A stretch of 64,000 bases of DNA, taken from Pseudobdellovibrionaceae bacterium (GTDB lineage: Bacteria > Bdellovibrionota > Bdellovibrionia > Bdellovibrionales > UBA1609). The stretch spans positions 28,824-92,823 of the forward strand of contig JAAOIK010000007.1 in the NCBI GenBank assembly GCA_015163855.1, written 5' to 3'. A program made the translations under genes and the position numbers. The notes below the pieces were generated by a model. It did not search any database and was not told the origin of the DNA. It saw only the letters and a list, made by a program, of their open reading frames with translations. Shown here one piece after another: positions 1 through 8,551 of this stretch. The first letter of the stretch is position 1; each line of letters begins with the position of its first letter.

Positions 1-1609
1 TATTTATTACGCTAACGCAGAAAAAATGTCTAAACTATTAAATCAAATTATTAATCCTACTAAATCTACATCTAGCTCTAGTCGTTTTTCTAGATTTTCT
101 AGATCTTCCAGTACAAGTTCTACTAAATCGGGAGCCGAATCTTACTCCTTAGTAGTAGCCGACGAAAGAAGTAACTCTATTGTGGTAGTAGGAAATAAAA
201 AAGGTATTGGAAAAATGCGTTCTTTAATTAAAAAACTAGACACCCAATTATCTGCAGAAGATGCTGGTGGTGTTTATGTCTATTATGTTAAACACGCAGA
301 GGCAGAAAAAATTGCTAGCGTACTTAATAAATTAGCTAAAGATATTAAATCTACTAAAAAATCTTCTGAGCCCAACGGAAGAAGTAGTTTTTTTAGGCCC
401 TCTGCTAACCAACTCAACACAAAAACAAAAAACACTAGCATTTTAGGCGAAAATGTTAAACTTACTGCTGATAAAGTTACTAATAGCTTAATCATTACTG
501 CAAATAAACAAGATTACCAAACTTTACTAGCATTATTACAAAAATTAGATATTCCCCGAGACCAAGTTTTTGTAAAAACGATTATCATGGAAATTTCTTC
601 AGACAATAGTTTAAACTGGGGTATAAATGCTTTAAAATTTATTAAGACCCCTACAGGAGTCTCTAGAGTTGGTTTTAATACTTCTAGCTTATCCAATATT
701 TTAAACCCTATAAACTCCATAGGCGCTGTTTTAGGTTTTGGAGGTGGAGCAGAAATTAAATTACCCACACCAGTTGGAGGAGTTAGTTCTGTTTCTAGTT
801 TATTAGGATTAGTAGAAGTATTGAAAAAAACCGCTGAAGGTAATGTACTTTATACTCCTCAAATTACTGCCATGGATAATGAAGAGGCTTTGATAAAAGT
901 GGGTTCTAAAGTGCCTGTGGCAAAAACCAGTTCTTCTTCTGCTGCGGCAGGGATTTCTTCTGGAGTAGAAAGAGAAGAGGTTGCCGTGGAGTTAAAATTT
1001 ACTCCCTATATTAACAGAGAGTCTAACTCCGTTCGTTTAAAAATCGATCAAAAAATACAGTCCATTTCTGATGCCGCTAACACAGATATTGAAAATGGTG
1101 TAAAAACTAATATTAGACAATTAAAAACTTTATTAACTATTAATGACGGTGATACTGCAGTACTGGGAGGGTTAACACAAACCGACAGTAGCAATACAGA
1201 AACTAAAGTGCCTTTATTAGGAGATATCCCCCTTATAGGTTGGTTGTTTAAAGGCATTTCCCGCAATAAAGATAGAAAAAACATTATGGTTTTTATTACT
1301 CCAAAAATTATACAAAATGAATCTCAACAAAATGCTTTATTTTTAGAAAAGTTAGAAGAGCGACTAGGTTTTATTGATAAATACTTAAGTAATGCTAAAA
1401 AATTTAAAGCCAATACTCACTCTGCTTTAAATACCAATTTTAATAATAGTTCGACAAAAGAAAATGTACCGGCTTTGGATGAAGGCGATGACGATAATGA
1501 AATTAGTGACGACAATGAAGGCGGTGACGATACTTCTTTTGAAGACAGCGATGAAGAATTATTAATAGAAGACAATCCAAACTTAAACTCTCCCGAAACA
1601 CAAAATTAA
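1..1609 (+). CDS. gspD: Type II secretion secretin GspD, C-terminal part (5' end lies outside the window; in frame from nt 2)
   Basis: The frame is open to the left edge (IYYANAEK precedes the listed Met). Secretin-domain hallmarks are present (VPLLGDIPLIGWLFK, NIMVFITPKII). gspE and gspF follow immediately. The protein ends in an acidic low-complexity tail. Confidence 0.9.
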   Translation, partial: IYYANAEKMSKLLNQIINPTKSTSSSSRFSRFSRSSSTSSTKSGAESYSLVVADERSNSIVVVGNKKGIGKMRSLIKKLDTQLSAEDAGGVYVYYVKHAEAEKIASVLNKLAKDIKSTKKSSEPNGRSSFFRPSANQLNTKTKNTSILGENVKLTADKVTNSLIITANKQDYQTLLALLQKLDIPRDQVFVKTIIMEISSDNSLNWGINALKFIKTPTGVSRVGFNTSSLSNILNPINSIGAVLGFGGGAEIKLPTPVGGVSSVSSLLGLVEVLKKTAEGNVLYTPQITAMDNEEALIKVGSKVPVAKTSSSSAAAGISSGVEREEVAVELKFTPYINRESNSVRLKIDQKIQSISDAANTDIENGVKTNIRQLKTLLTINDGDTAVLGGLTQTDSSNTETKVPLLGDIPLIGWLFKGISRNKDRKNIMVFITPKIIQNESQQNALFLEKLEERLGFIDKYLSNAKKFKANTHSALNTNFNNSSTKENVPALDEGDDDNEISDDNEGGDDTSFEDSDEELLIEDNPNLNSPETQN

Positions 1610-1613
1610 ATGT

Positions 1614-3287
1614 ATGAACATAAAGAGTATCTTACTAAAAAACACTAAGCTTTCTGAAGCCCAAATTGTTAATTTATTAAAATTAAAAGGGCCTTTGTCT
1701 GAGTTAAATTTGTCGCAAGAAAAATCTAGTCAGTCTTTACAAAAGAAAATACTACAAGCCCTTTCTGAACAATTATCTATCCCCTATATAACTGATTTAA
1801 ATTATAATGAAATTGCTGTAGATTTAATTAAAAATATTCCCATTCAGTATGCAAAAAATAATTCTGTTTTAGCTTTTAAACAAGATCAAGCAGGTACACA
1901 TATTATTAGTGCCGAAGCATTTAACTCTCATTTGCTACCCGATTTAAAAAATATTTTTAACACGCCTATTCATTTTTATCTTAGCCCCCCCTCCTTATTA
2001 CAAGAGGCCATTAACCATGTTTATGAAAAAAATGCCACAGCTCTTGAAGCCATTGATGGTATTGAAGATGAAGAAATGGATTTAGATGACCCTATTATTG
2101 ATTTACTAGAATCTGATGATGCTGCCCCTGTGGTAAAATTTGTAAATACTTTACTAGCAAGAGCCGTAAAAGAAAAAGCTTCTGATATTCATATCGAACC
2201 TTACGAAAAAAAATTAGCTATTCGATTTAGAATTGATGGTGCCTTGTATGATGTGTCCCAACCTCCAAAGCGATTACAAAATTCCATTGCTTCTCGTATA
2301 AAAGTAATGGCTAATTTAGATATTGCAGAAAAGCGATTACCTCAAGATGGTAGATTTCCTTTAAAGGTTGCAGGAAAAGCTATTGATATTCGTCTTAGTA
2401 CTTTGCCTACCACTTTTGGAGAGCGCATAGTGATGCGTTTACAAGATCAATCTAGCACAATTTTACAGCTATCCCAGTTAGGTGTATCAAAACAAAGCTT
2501 AAAAAGTATTAAAGAAATTTTAACGCAAACTTATGGTATTTTTTTAGTAACTGGCCCTACAGGAAGTGGTAAAACTTCTACCCTGTATGCTGCTTTATCA
2601 CAAATTAATAGTATTGATAAAAATATTTTAACCATTGAAGAACCTGTGGAACAAAGAATTCCTGGCATTGGACAAATGCAAGTAAACTCGAAAATTGGAC
2701 TAAGCTTTGCTTCGGGCTTAAGGTCTATTTTGCGTCAAGACCCTAATGTTATTATGATAGGAGAAATTAGAGATTTAGAAACGGCAAAAATTGCCATACA
2801 ATCTTCTTTGACCGGTCACTTAGTTTTATCTACCATTCATACCAATGACGCTGCTTCTGCCTTTCCCCGCTTAATAGATATGGGTTGCGAACCCTTTTTA
2901 ATTGCCACTTCTTTATCGGGAATTATGGCACAAAGATTAATCCGAACATTGTGCAAACATTGCAAAGAAGCCTATCAACCTACCGATGACGAGTTAGCCG
3001 ACTTACAACTGTCCACAGAACAAACCAAAGGCATTACATTTTACAGAGCCAAGTCTTGCGCGCACTGCAACCACAAAGGTTACTTGGGGCGAACTATGAT
3101 ACAAGAGCTTTTATTAATTACCGATAATATTCGTAGTTTAATTATGCAAAAAAATAATAGTAGCTTAATAAAAGAAGCAGCTTTACAAGATGGAATGCAA
3201 ACTTTTAGAAATCATGGTATTAGTAAAATTCTAGAAGGAGTTACTACAATAGAGGAAATTTTAGCCAATACCCAAGTGGATCATTAA
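1614..3287 (+). CDS. gspE: Type II secretion ATPase GspE
   Basis: Walker A GPTGSGKT, Asp/His boxes and a tetracysteine motif (CKHC...CAHC). It lies 4 nt after gspD and 6 nt before gspF. Confidence 0.95.
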   Translation: MNIKSILLKNTKLSEAQIVNLLKLKGPLSELNLSQEKSSQSLQKKILQALSEQLSIPYITDLNYNEIAVDLIKNIPIQYAKNNSVLAFKQDQAGTHIISAEAFNSHLLPDLKNIFNTPIHFYLSPPSLLQEAINHVYEKNATALEAIDGIEDEEMDLDDPIIDLLESDDAAPVVKFVNTLLARAVKEKASDIHIEPYEKKLAIRFRIDGALYDVSQPPKRLQNSIASRIKVMANLDIAEKRLPQDGRFPLKVAGKAIDIRLSTLPTTFGERIVMRLQDQSSTILQLSQLGVSKQSLKSIKEILTQTYGIFLVTGPTGSGKTSTLYAALSQINSIDKNILTIEEPVEQRIPGIGQMQVNSKIGLSFASGLRSILRQDPNVIMIGEIRDLETAKIAIQSSLTGHLVLSTIHTNDAASAFPRLIDMGCEPFLIATSLSGIMAQRLIRTLCKHCKEAYQPTDDELADLQLSTEQTKGITFYRAKSCAHCNHKGYLGRTMIQELLLITDNIRSLIMQKNNSSLIKEAALQDGMQTFRNHGISKILEGVTTIEEILANTQVDH

Positions 3288-3293
3288 AACACC

Positions 3294-4505
3294 ATGCCTA
3301 CTTTTCAATACCAAGCTTTAGATAACCATGGCAAAAATAAAAAAGGTCAAGTTGAAGCAGAAAATATAAAAAGAGCACGGGCTATTCTTAAAGCAAAAAA
3401 ACTTTATGTTTTAAAAATTGTTAATACTCAAAATAAAAGTAACACAAATGCTTTGTTTACCTCGAAATCTATAAGTACTAAAGAGTTATCTTTAATGACT
3501 CGGCAATTAGCTACCTTACTACACTCGCATGTACCTATAGTAGATTCTATTAACGCTACCGCAGAGCAAACCGAAAACCTTTATTTATCTTCTATTTTAT
3601 TTCAAGTAAAAACAGAAGTTAATGAAGGAGCAGATTTATACAAAGCTTTAAAAAAATATCCTAAAGTTTTTGATTTAACTTTTTTATCCATGATAGAGGC
3701 TGGTGAAAGCTCTGGTACTTTAGATGTTATTTTATTACGCCTTGCAGAGTTTACTGAAACCCAAAGTGCATTAATTAGCCGAGTAAAATCAGCCATGATG
3801 TACCCTATTTTAATGATGTTTGTTATGACGGGTTTAATGGTATTTTTATTTACAGTAATTATTCCTAAAATTACTGGCATTTTTGACTCTACACCAGAAC
3901 TAACTTTAGAGTGGTACACCTTAGCTGTAATTGATTTTAGTAATTTTTTAATAACCAAATGGCCTTTAATTATTTTAAGTGTAGGTGTTTTTATTTTTAG
4001 TTTCCGTAATTGGAAAAACTCTATTAAGGGACGAAGAAAATGGAATGCCCTTGTGTTAAAATTGCCTCTTGTGGGAAAAATGATTCGTATGTTAGCGGTT
4101 TCTCGATTTGCTAGAACACTTTCTACTTTACTTAATGGAGGTGTGCCCATGTTAGAAGCCTTACAAATTGTTAGAAATGTGGTTAATAACGATATTATTG
4201 CCGAAGCCATTGACCAAGCTCGTGATAATATTAAAGAAGGAGAGTCCATTGCTGCTCCCTTAAAGGCCTCTGGACAATTTCCTCCCATGCTAATTCACAT
4301 GGTAAATATTGGAGAAAAAACAGGAAACTTAGAAGAAATGCTATCGCAAGTGAGCGACGCATATGACTTTCAAGTTAATACTTCTATTGATGGATTAACC
4401 GCCCTGTTAGAGCCTTTAATGATTGTTTTTATGGGTGGTTTAGTAGGCGCCATTGTCTTTGCCGTGATCATGCCTATCTTACAGCTTTCCAATTTGGGAG
4501 GCTAA
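3294..4505 (+). CDS. gspF: Type II secretion inner-membrane platform protein GspF
   Basis: About 400 aa, with duplicated GspF-type cytoplasmic domains and three TM segments. Ends ...PILQLSNLGG. Position after gspE. Confidence 0.95.
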   Translation: MPTFQYQALDNHGKNKKGQVEAENIKRARAILKAKKLYVLKIVNTQNKSNTNALFTSKSISTKELSLMTRQLATLLHSHVPIVDSINATAEQTENLYLSSILFQVKTEVNEGADLYKALKKYPKVFDLTFLSMIEAGESSGTLDVILLRLAEFTETQSALISRVKSAMMYPILMMFVMTGLMVFLFTVIIPKITGIFDSTPELTLEWYTLAVIDFSNFLITKWPLIILSVGVFIFSFRNWKNSIKGRRKWNALVLKLPLVGKMIRMLAVSRFARTLSTLLNGGVPMLEALQIVRNVVNNDIIAEAIDQARDNIKEGESIAAPLKASGQFPPMLIHMVNIGEKTGNLEEMLSQVSDAYDFQVNTSIDGLTALLEPLMIVFMGGLVGAIVFAVIMPILQLSNLGG

Positions 4506-4506
4506 C

Positions 4507-4621
4507 TTTTGTTTTGTTTTGTTTAGCCACAGATTAAGGCTTAAAAAGCGTTCAGCCCGCAGGGATGTGCGAAGCGTAGCTTTTTCAGCCTTAATCTGTG
4601 GCTAAACAAAACAAAACAAAA
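4507..4621. terminator. 115-nt near-perfect inverted repeat (43-bp stem, 29-nt loop); probable bidirectional terminator or a repeat element
   Basis: nt 4507-4549 pair with 4579-4621, with a single mismatch (4542/4586). The outer arms carry (GTTTT)3. The loop is relatively GC-rich and contains a CCC-GCA-GGG mini-hairpin. The structure fills the whole gap between the convergent stop codons at 4503-4505 and 4623-4625. Confidence 0.6.
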
Positions 4622-4622
4622 C

Positions 4623-7331
4623 TTACTTAGTAACTATTTTTAAATTACTACAACTAAACACTTTTGCTTGGATTTTTTTAAAGGCTGCTAAAATATTTTC
4701 AGAACTACTATCGTCCCAAGCATCACAATCATCCCATTCATCTTCACAAGCTCCACCTTCTTCTTCTAAGGCATCGGCAAATAATTTTTCCATATCTACC
4801 TGTGCACAAAACCGTTGAACATACTTCACTGCAAAAGCTAAGTTATTTTTTATTTTTAAATTCGATAAAACATAGGATAAATTTTGATCGGCAAAATCAT
4901 ATAAACGGTGAACATCTTTTTGATATTTAGAAGTATTCTTACAATTATATAATTGCATCCACTGATTAGCTAACTGATCGGACCTGCCATTGTTATTCCA
5001 AGAAATATAATTAGAAAAAAATTTTTCCATCTCTATTTTAGTCGATGTCGCTTTATTTTCTACAGCAATACAAGACCTCCAATTAATATGGTCGGCCACT
5101 TTAGAGTAAGTGGGTTTTAAGCTTTGATAGGCTTGGTTTAAAATACTAGCTTCGGAAGCCAACACCGACTCTAAAGCACTTAACTGATTTCTTTTAGTAG
5201 GACTTACTTCAATTTCATCCAAGCTAGCCTGCGCATATTTAGCAATAGTATCACGACTTTTTTGCAATACGGGTTTTACACGAGCAATCGCTTCGGTAAT
5301 AGAAATAGATAAGGTTTTTAAATTATTAATGTCCTTTTTTGTAGAATTAATATGCTTAAAATATTTTTTGGCCTCTGGAATAGTTTTAGTTTCTACTGTA
5401 TGCACTAAGGCCCTAGAAGACTTAATGGTTTTTACTAATTGCGAAATCCAAGAATTAGCTTTTGCAATTAAATCGTTTCTGTCTTTGCTTAGTTTTTCTC
5501 TTTTTAAAATTACAGCTAAATATTTATCCAATCGTGCTTGTAAGGCCAAGCGTGGTGCGATTGTGATTTTTGCTAAACGATCTAAAGGGTTCAACAAAGG
5601 GCTTAACTGCAAACGCACATGGTCTAAGTTTTCGGGCCTTTTTTGTTCTAATAATCGATTAAGCACTTCTTGTACTTTACTAATATTGTTAGACACTTTT
5701 TTTTCTACATTTATCGCCTTAGATTTAAAAGAAGCAATGTTTGTAACAATATTTGGTTTTTCTACTTTTTGTGCCCGACTTTCCATAGAGCTAGCCTCTA
5801 ATATAGTTTTATGCACTTGCGCTACTAAATCCCTTGCTACAAATAAAGAGGTTTTTGCTTTTTCTAACACTTCATTGGCTAATTTTTGTGCCTTTGCCAA
5901 AATACGCTCTCCTTTAATAACCAAAGGAGTTTCTTTAACAGTAATTTGCGATAAATACTTGGCCTGTTTTTTTAAATGCACTTGTAAGTGATTTAAATTA
6001 GGTAAATACCCACTTAGCTGTTTGGTTTGCTCATCCACATCGGTGGGATAAGAAGCTATTACTAAATTATTAAAAAAATAGCGTAAAAGATTGGTTTGTT
6101 CTGTTAATTTTTGGAAAGCTTCCTCGCTAATTCTTTTTTGATCACCAATGCGTTGGCTAGAACCATCCACATAAGCCTTGTTAGCACGATCTAACAGTGA
6201 GGAAGCTTGTGTATTTATTTTTGTATATTCGGAAAAAATAAAATTTCCTTCAACTAACAAGGCCTTACTTTTGGTAATGACTTTTTGTAATTTTCCTTTT
6301 GCAATAGCCAATTCTTTTACAATTTCGGCCTCTCTAATGGCAATGGTATTGTCTTGTTGTGCTAACCACGAAGGTAAAGCCTTTAACTGTCTAGTGTAAG
6401 CGTATTCTTCTACTTGCAAATCATTATATTTATCCTCTACCACGGGAATAAAATAATTTATCTCCCTTGTATAAAGAGTCTGCGCTAAAGAAGACATGGC
6501 CCGTTTTAAATAATCCATTAAATTATCTATTTGCTCTTTCGCTCTTCTACTAGATTGTATTTTTGTTTGTAAGTTATTAATATTCTTATTCATGCGAGCC
6601 ACTTTGGCTCGGTCTAACAAAAAAGATAGTGTTCGCAAATAGCCTTTCATCTCTAACTGCCAATTTTCCCAATCCAACAACAAATCATTAGCTTGGTATA
6701 AAATGCGTTTTCTATTATTTTTAGCCTGAGCCAATTCTACTTCCATTCTTTCAATAGTTCTTTTATTTCTGCGTATCACTGCTCTTAAATCATCCGCTTT
6801 GTTATCAATGCGCCTGCTAAAGTCTCGCGAATAAAAATCATTATATTTTTTTTGCAAAGCCACACGCCTTTTTGGAATGTCTTTATGCCAAGCATTATTA
6901 TCGTTAACTAGTTCTCTTAACCGACGCACTTTGTGTGTTAAATCGTCTTGACCTTGTTCTGCATTATTTATCTTGCGACGCAAAGCTTGTATTTTTGTAT
7001 TTAATGCAAAAATAATGTTTTTAGCATTTACCTCTCTTGCTCTTTGTTTTAACTTTCGGGCGCTTTGTATCTTCCAATGCGCATCACTAATAGCATTGCT
7101 AACTTTTTCCCTTTCCTTACGCGCTTGACGAATCAATTGCTTAGAGGCCTTTACCTCTTTTTCTTTAAATGCATTATTTTCAGAAGGTTTTTTACGCTCT
7201 TTTTTTTCTTTTTTCTCTTTTTTTACTAATTTTTGTGCTGCTGTAAGAGGTGTAGCATGACTAATGTTTGCTAAAATAAAATGAGTACTTAAAACGCTTA
7301 CTAAACTCAAAACAATGGCTTTCATCCCCAA
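4623..7331 (-). CDS. Hypothetical secreted protein, 902 aa, long K/E/R/Q-rich coiled coil with a Cys-containing acidic C-terminal domain
   Basis: N-terminal signal peptide (MGMKAIVLSLVSVLSTHFILANISHA). Heptad-like charged sequence over about 700 aa. I recognise no catalytic motif. Confidence 0.6.
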   Translation of the reverse strand: MGMKAIVLSLVSVLSTHFILANISHATPLTAAQKLVKKEKKEKKERKKPSENNAFKEKEVKASKQLIRQARKEREKVSNAISDAHWKIQSARKLKQRAREVNAKNIIFALNTKIQALRRKINNAEQGQDDLTHKVRRLRELVNDNNAWHKDIPKRRVALQKKYNDFYSRDFSRRIDNKADDLRAVIRRNKRTIERMEVELAQAKNNRKRILYQANDLLLDWENWQLEMKGYLRTLSFLLDRAKVARMNKNINNLQTKIQSSRRAKEQIDNLMDYLKRAMSSLAQTLYTREINYFIPVVEDKYNDLQVEEYAYTRQLKALPSWLAQQDNTIAIREAEIVKELAIAKGKLQKVITKSKALLVEGNFIFSEYTKINTQASSLLDRANKAYVDGSSQRIGDQKRISEEAFQKLTEQTNLLRYFFNNLVIASYPTDVDEQTKQLSGYLPNLNHLQVHLKKQAKYLSQITVKETPLVIKGERILAKAQKLANEVLEKAKTSLFVARDLVAQVHKTILEASSMESRAQKVEKPNIVTNIASFKSKAINVEKKVSNNISKVQEVLNRLLEQKRPENLDHVRLQLSPLLNPLDRLAKITIAPRLALQARLDKYLAVILKREKLSKDRNDLIAKANSWISQLVKTIKSSRALVHTVETKTIPEAKKYFKHINSTKKDINNLKTLSISITEAIARVKPVLQKSRDTIAKYAQASLDEIEVSPTKRNQLSALESVLASEASILNQAYQSLKPTYSKVADHINWRSCIAVENKATSTKIEMEKFFSNYISWNNNGRSDQLANQWMQLYNCKNTSKYQKDVHRLYDFADQNLSYVLSNLKIKNNLAFAVKYVQRFCAQVDMEKLFADALEEEGGACEDEWDDCDAWDDSSSENILAAFKKIQAKVFSCSNLKIVTK

Positions 7332-7534
7332 ACTCCTTATATTTCTACTTGTTTACAATATGAGTTACAATTATCTATAGATTAGTTAAAAGTCTAGTTT
7401 TTTGCCTAAAAAGCCCTGTTTGTTGATTAAATAGCTATGTTTTAGACAAAAAATCAAAATTTTCCTTATACTTTCCAAAAAAAAAACTAGGCAAATGGCC
7501 GAATAAATAAGTATAGACCAGAGGAAAAACAATT

Positions 7535-8551
7535 ATGATACCTATCTCCGAAAACGAACAATTGCAAAAAAATACCCTTGTTAAGCTAATTCAAAATTCT
7601 CAAAGTTTTATTATCACTACTCACAAGCAGTGTGATGCCGACGGCTTAGGTTCTGCTTTAGCAATGCTTTACGCTCTTAAAAAAATGGGAAAATCGGCCA
7701 GACTATTATTAGTGGATGACTTGCCTGATCGTTATAATTTTTTAAATAAAGACTTACTAGTGCAAACTTATAATAGTCCTCATACCCCTATTGAAGATGC
7801 CGATGTGGCTTTAATTTTTGACACCAACTCTGAAAGCCTTGTTAATCCTTTGTACAAAGAACTAAAAAAGCATTGTAAATATATTTCTTTTATAGACCAC
7901 CACCCCTTTGGAGACACTCTTCCTACAGAGTACTCCTTTATACAGGTACACTCTGCCAGCACTGGTGAATTGGTTTTTGATTTAATTCAATCTTTAAATG
8001 TTTCTTTAGACAAAAAAATTGCACGCAGCCTTTACAGTAGTATTGCTTTTGACACTCAAGTATTTCGTTATATTAGAGGCTCTTCTCGATCTTTAAAAAT
8101 TTGTGCAGAACTTTTAGAATACGAAAAAGAACCAGAAAAAATTCATAATTATTTATTTGCATCTTATTCAAAAAATAAAATTAGTTTGTTAGCAGAAGTG
8201 TTTGCCACAGTGGAATACCCTTTACCAGAAGTGGTGATTGCAAAAGTACGATTAAAAGATTTAGAAAAACATAATTTAAAAATGGATGATGTTCGTGATA
8301 TTTTAGATTTGTTAATGAGTATTCGTGAAATTACCATTGGGGCTTTTTTTAGAGAAGATCATCCTAATGAATTTAAATTAAGCTTAAGAAGTAAGGGTTT
8401 TTTACACATTAACTCTATTGCAAAACATTTTGGTGGAGGAGGGCATAAACAAGCCGCAGGGGCCTTAATTAAAGGCGATTACTCCACGGTAAAAAATCAA
8501 GTGTTAAAAGAAATTCTAAAGACTTTAGAAGATAAAAAAAAAGCGTCGTAA
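7535..8551 (+). CDS. nrnA: DHH/DHHA1-family phosphoesterase (NrnA-like oligoribonuclease/pAp phosphatase)
   Basis: Motifs HKQCDADGLGS, DHH (FIDHHP) and GGGH (HFGGGGHKQAAG). Confidence 0.8.
   Translation: MIPISENEQLQKNTLVKLIQNSQSFIITTHKQCDADGLGSALAMLYALKKMGKSARLLLVDDLPDRYNFLNKDLLVQTYNSPHTPIEDADVALIFDTNSESLVNPLYKELKKHCKYISFIDHHPFGDTLPTEYSFIQVHSASTGELVFDLIQSLNVSLDKKIARSLYSSIAFDTQVFRYIRGSSRSLKICAELLEYEKEPEKIHNYLFASYSKNKISLLAEVFATVEYPLPEVVIAKVRLKDLEKHNLKMDDVRDILDLLMSIREITIGAFFREDHPNEFKLSLRSKGFLHINSIAKHFGGGGHKQAAGALIKGDYSTVKNQVLKEILKTLEDKKKAS

Noticed and set aside
3602-4288. 228-aa ORF antisense to gspF. Similar long antisense ORFs occur at 5329-5991, 22997-23353, 23651-24139, 39707-40006 and 40049-40489.
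   Set aside because: All lie entirely inside well-supported genes on the opposite strand. They have odd, low-complexity or Cys/Phe/Leu-rich composition and no upstream ribosome-binding site. They are typical shadow ORFs of strongly codon-biased genes.
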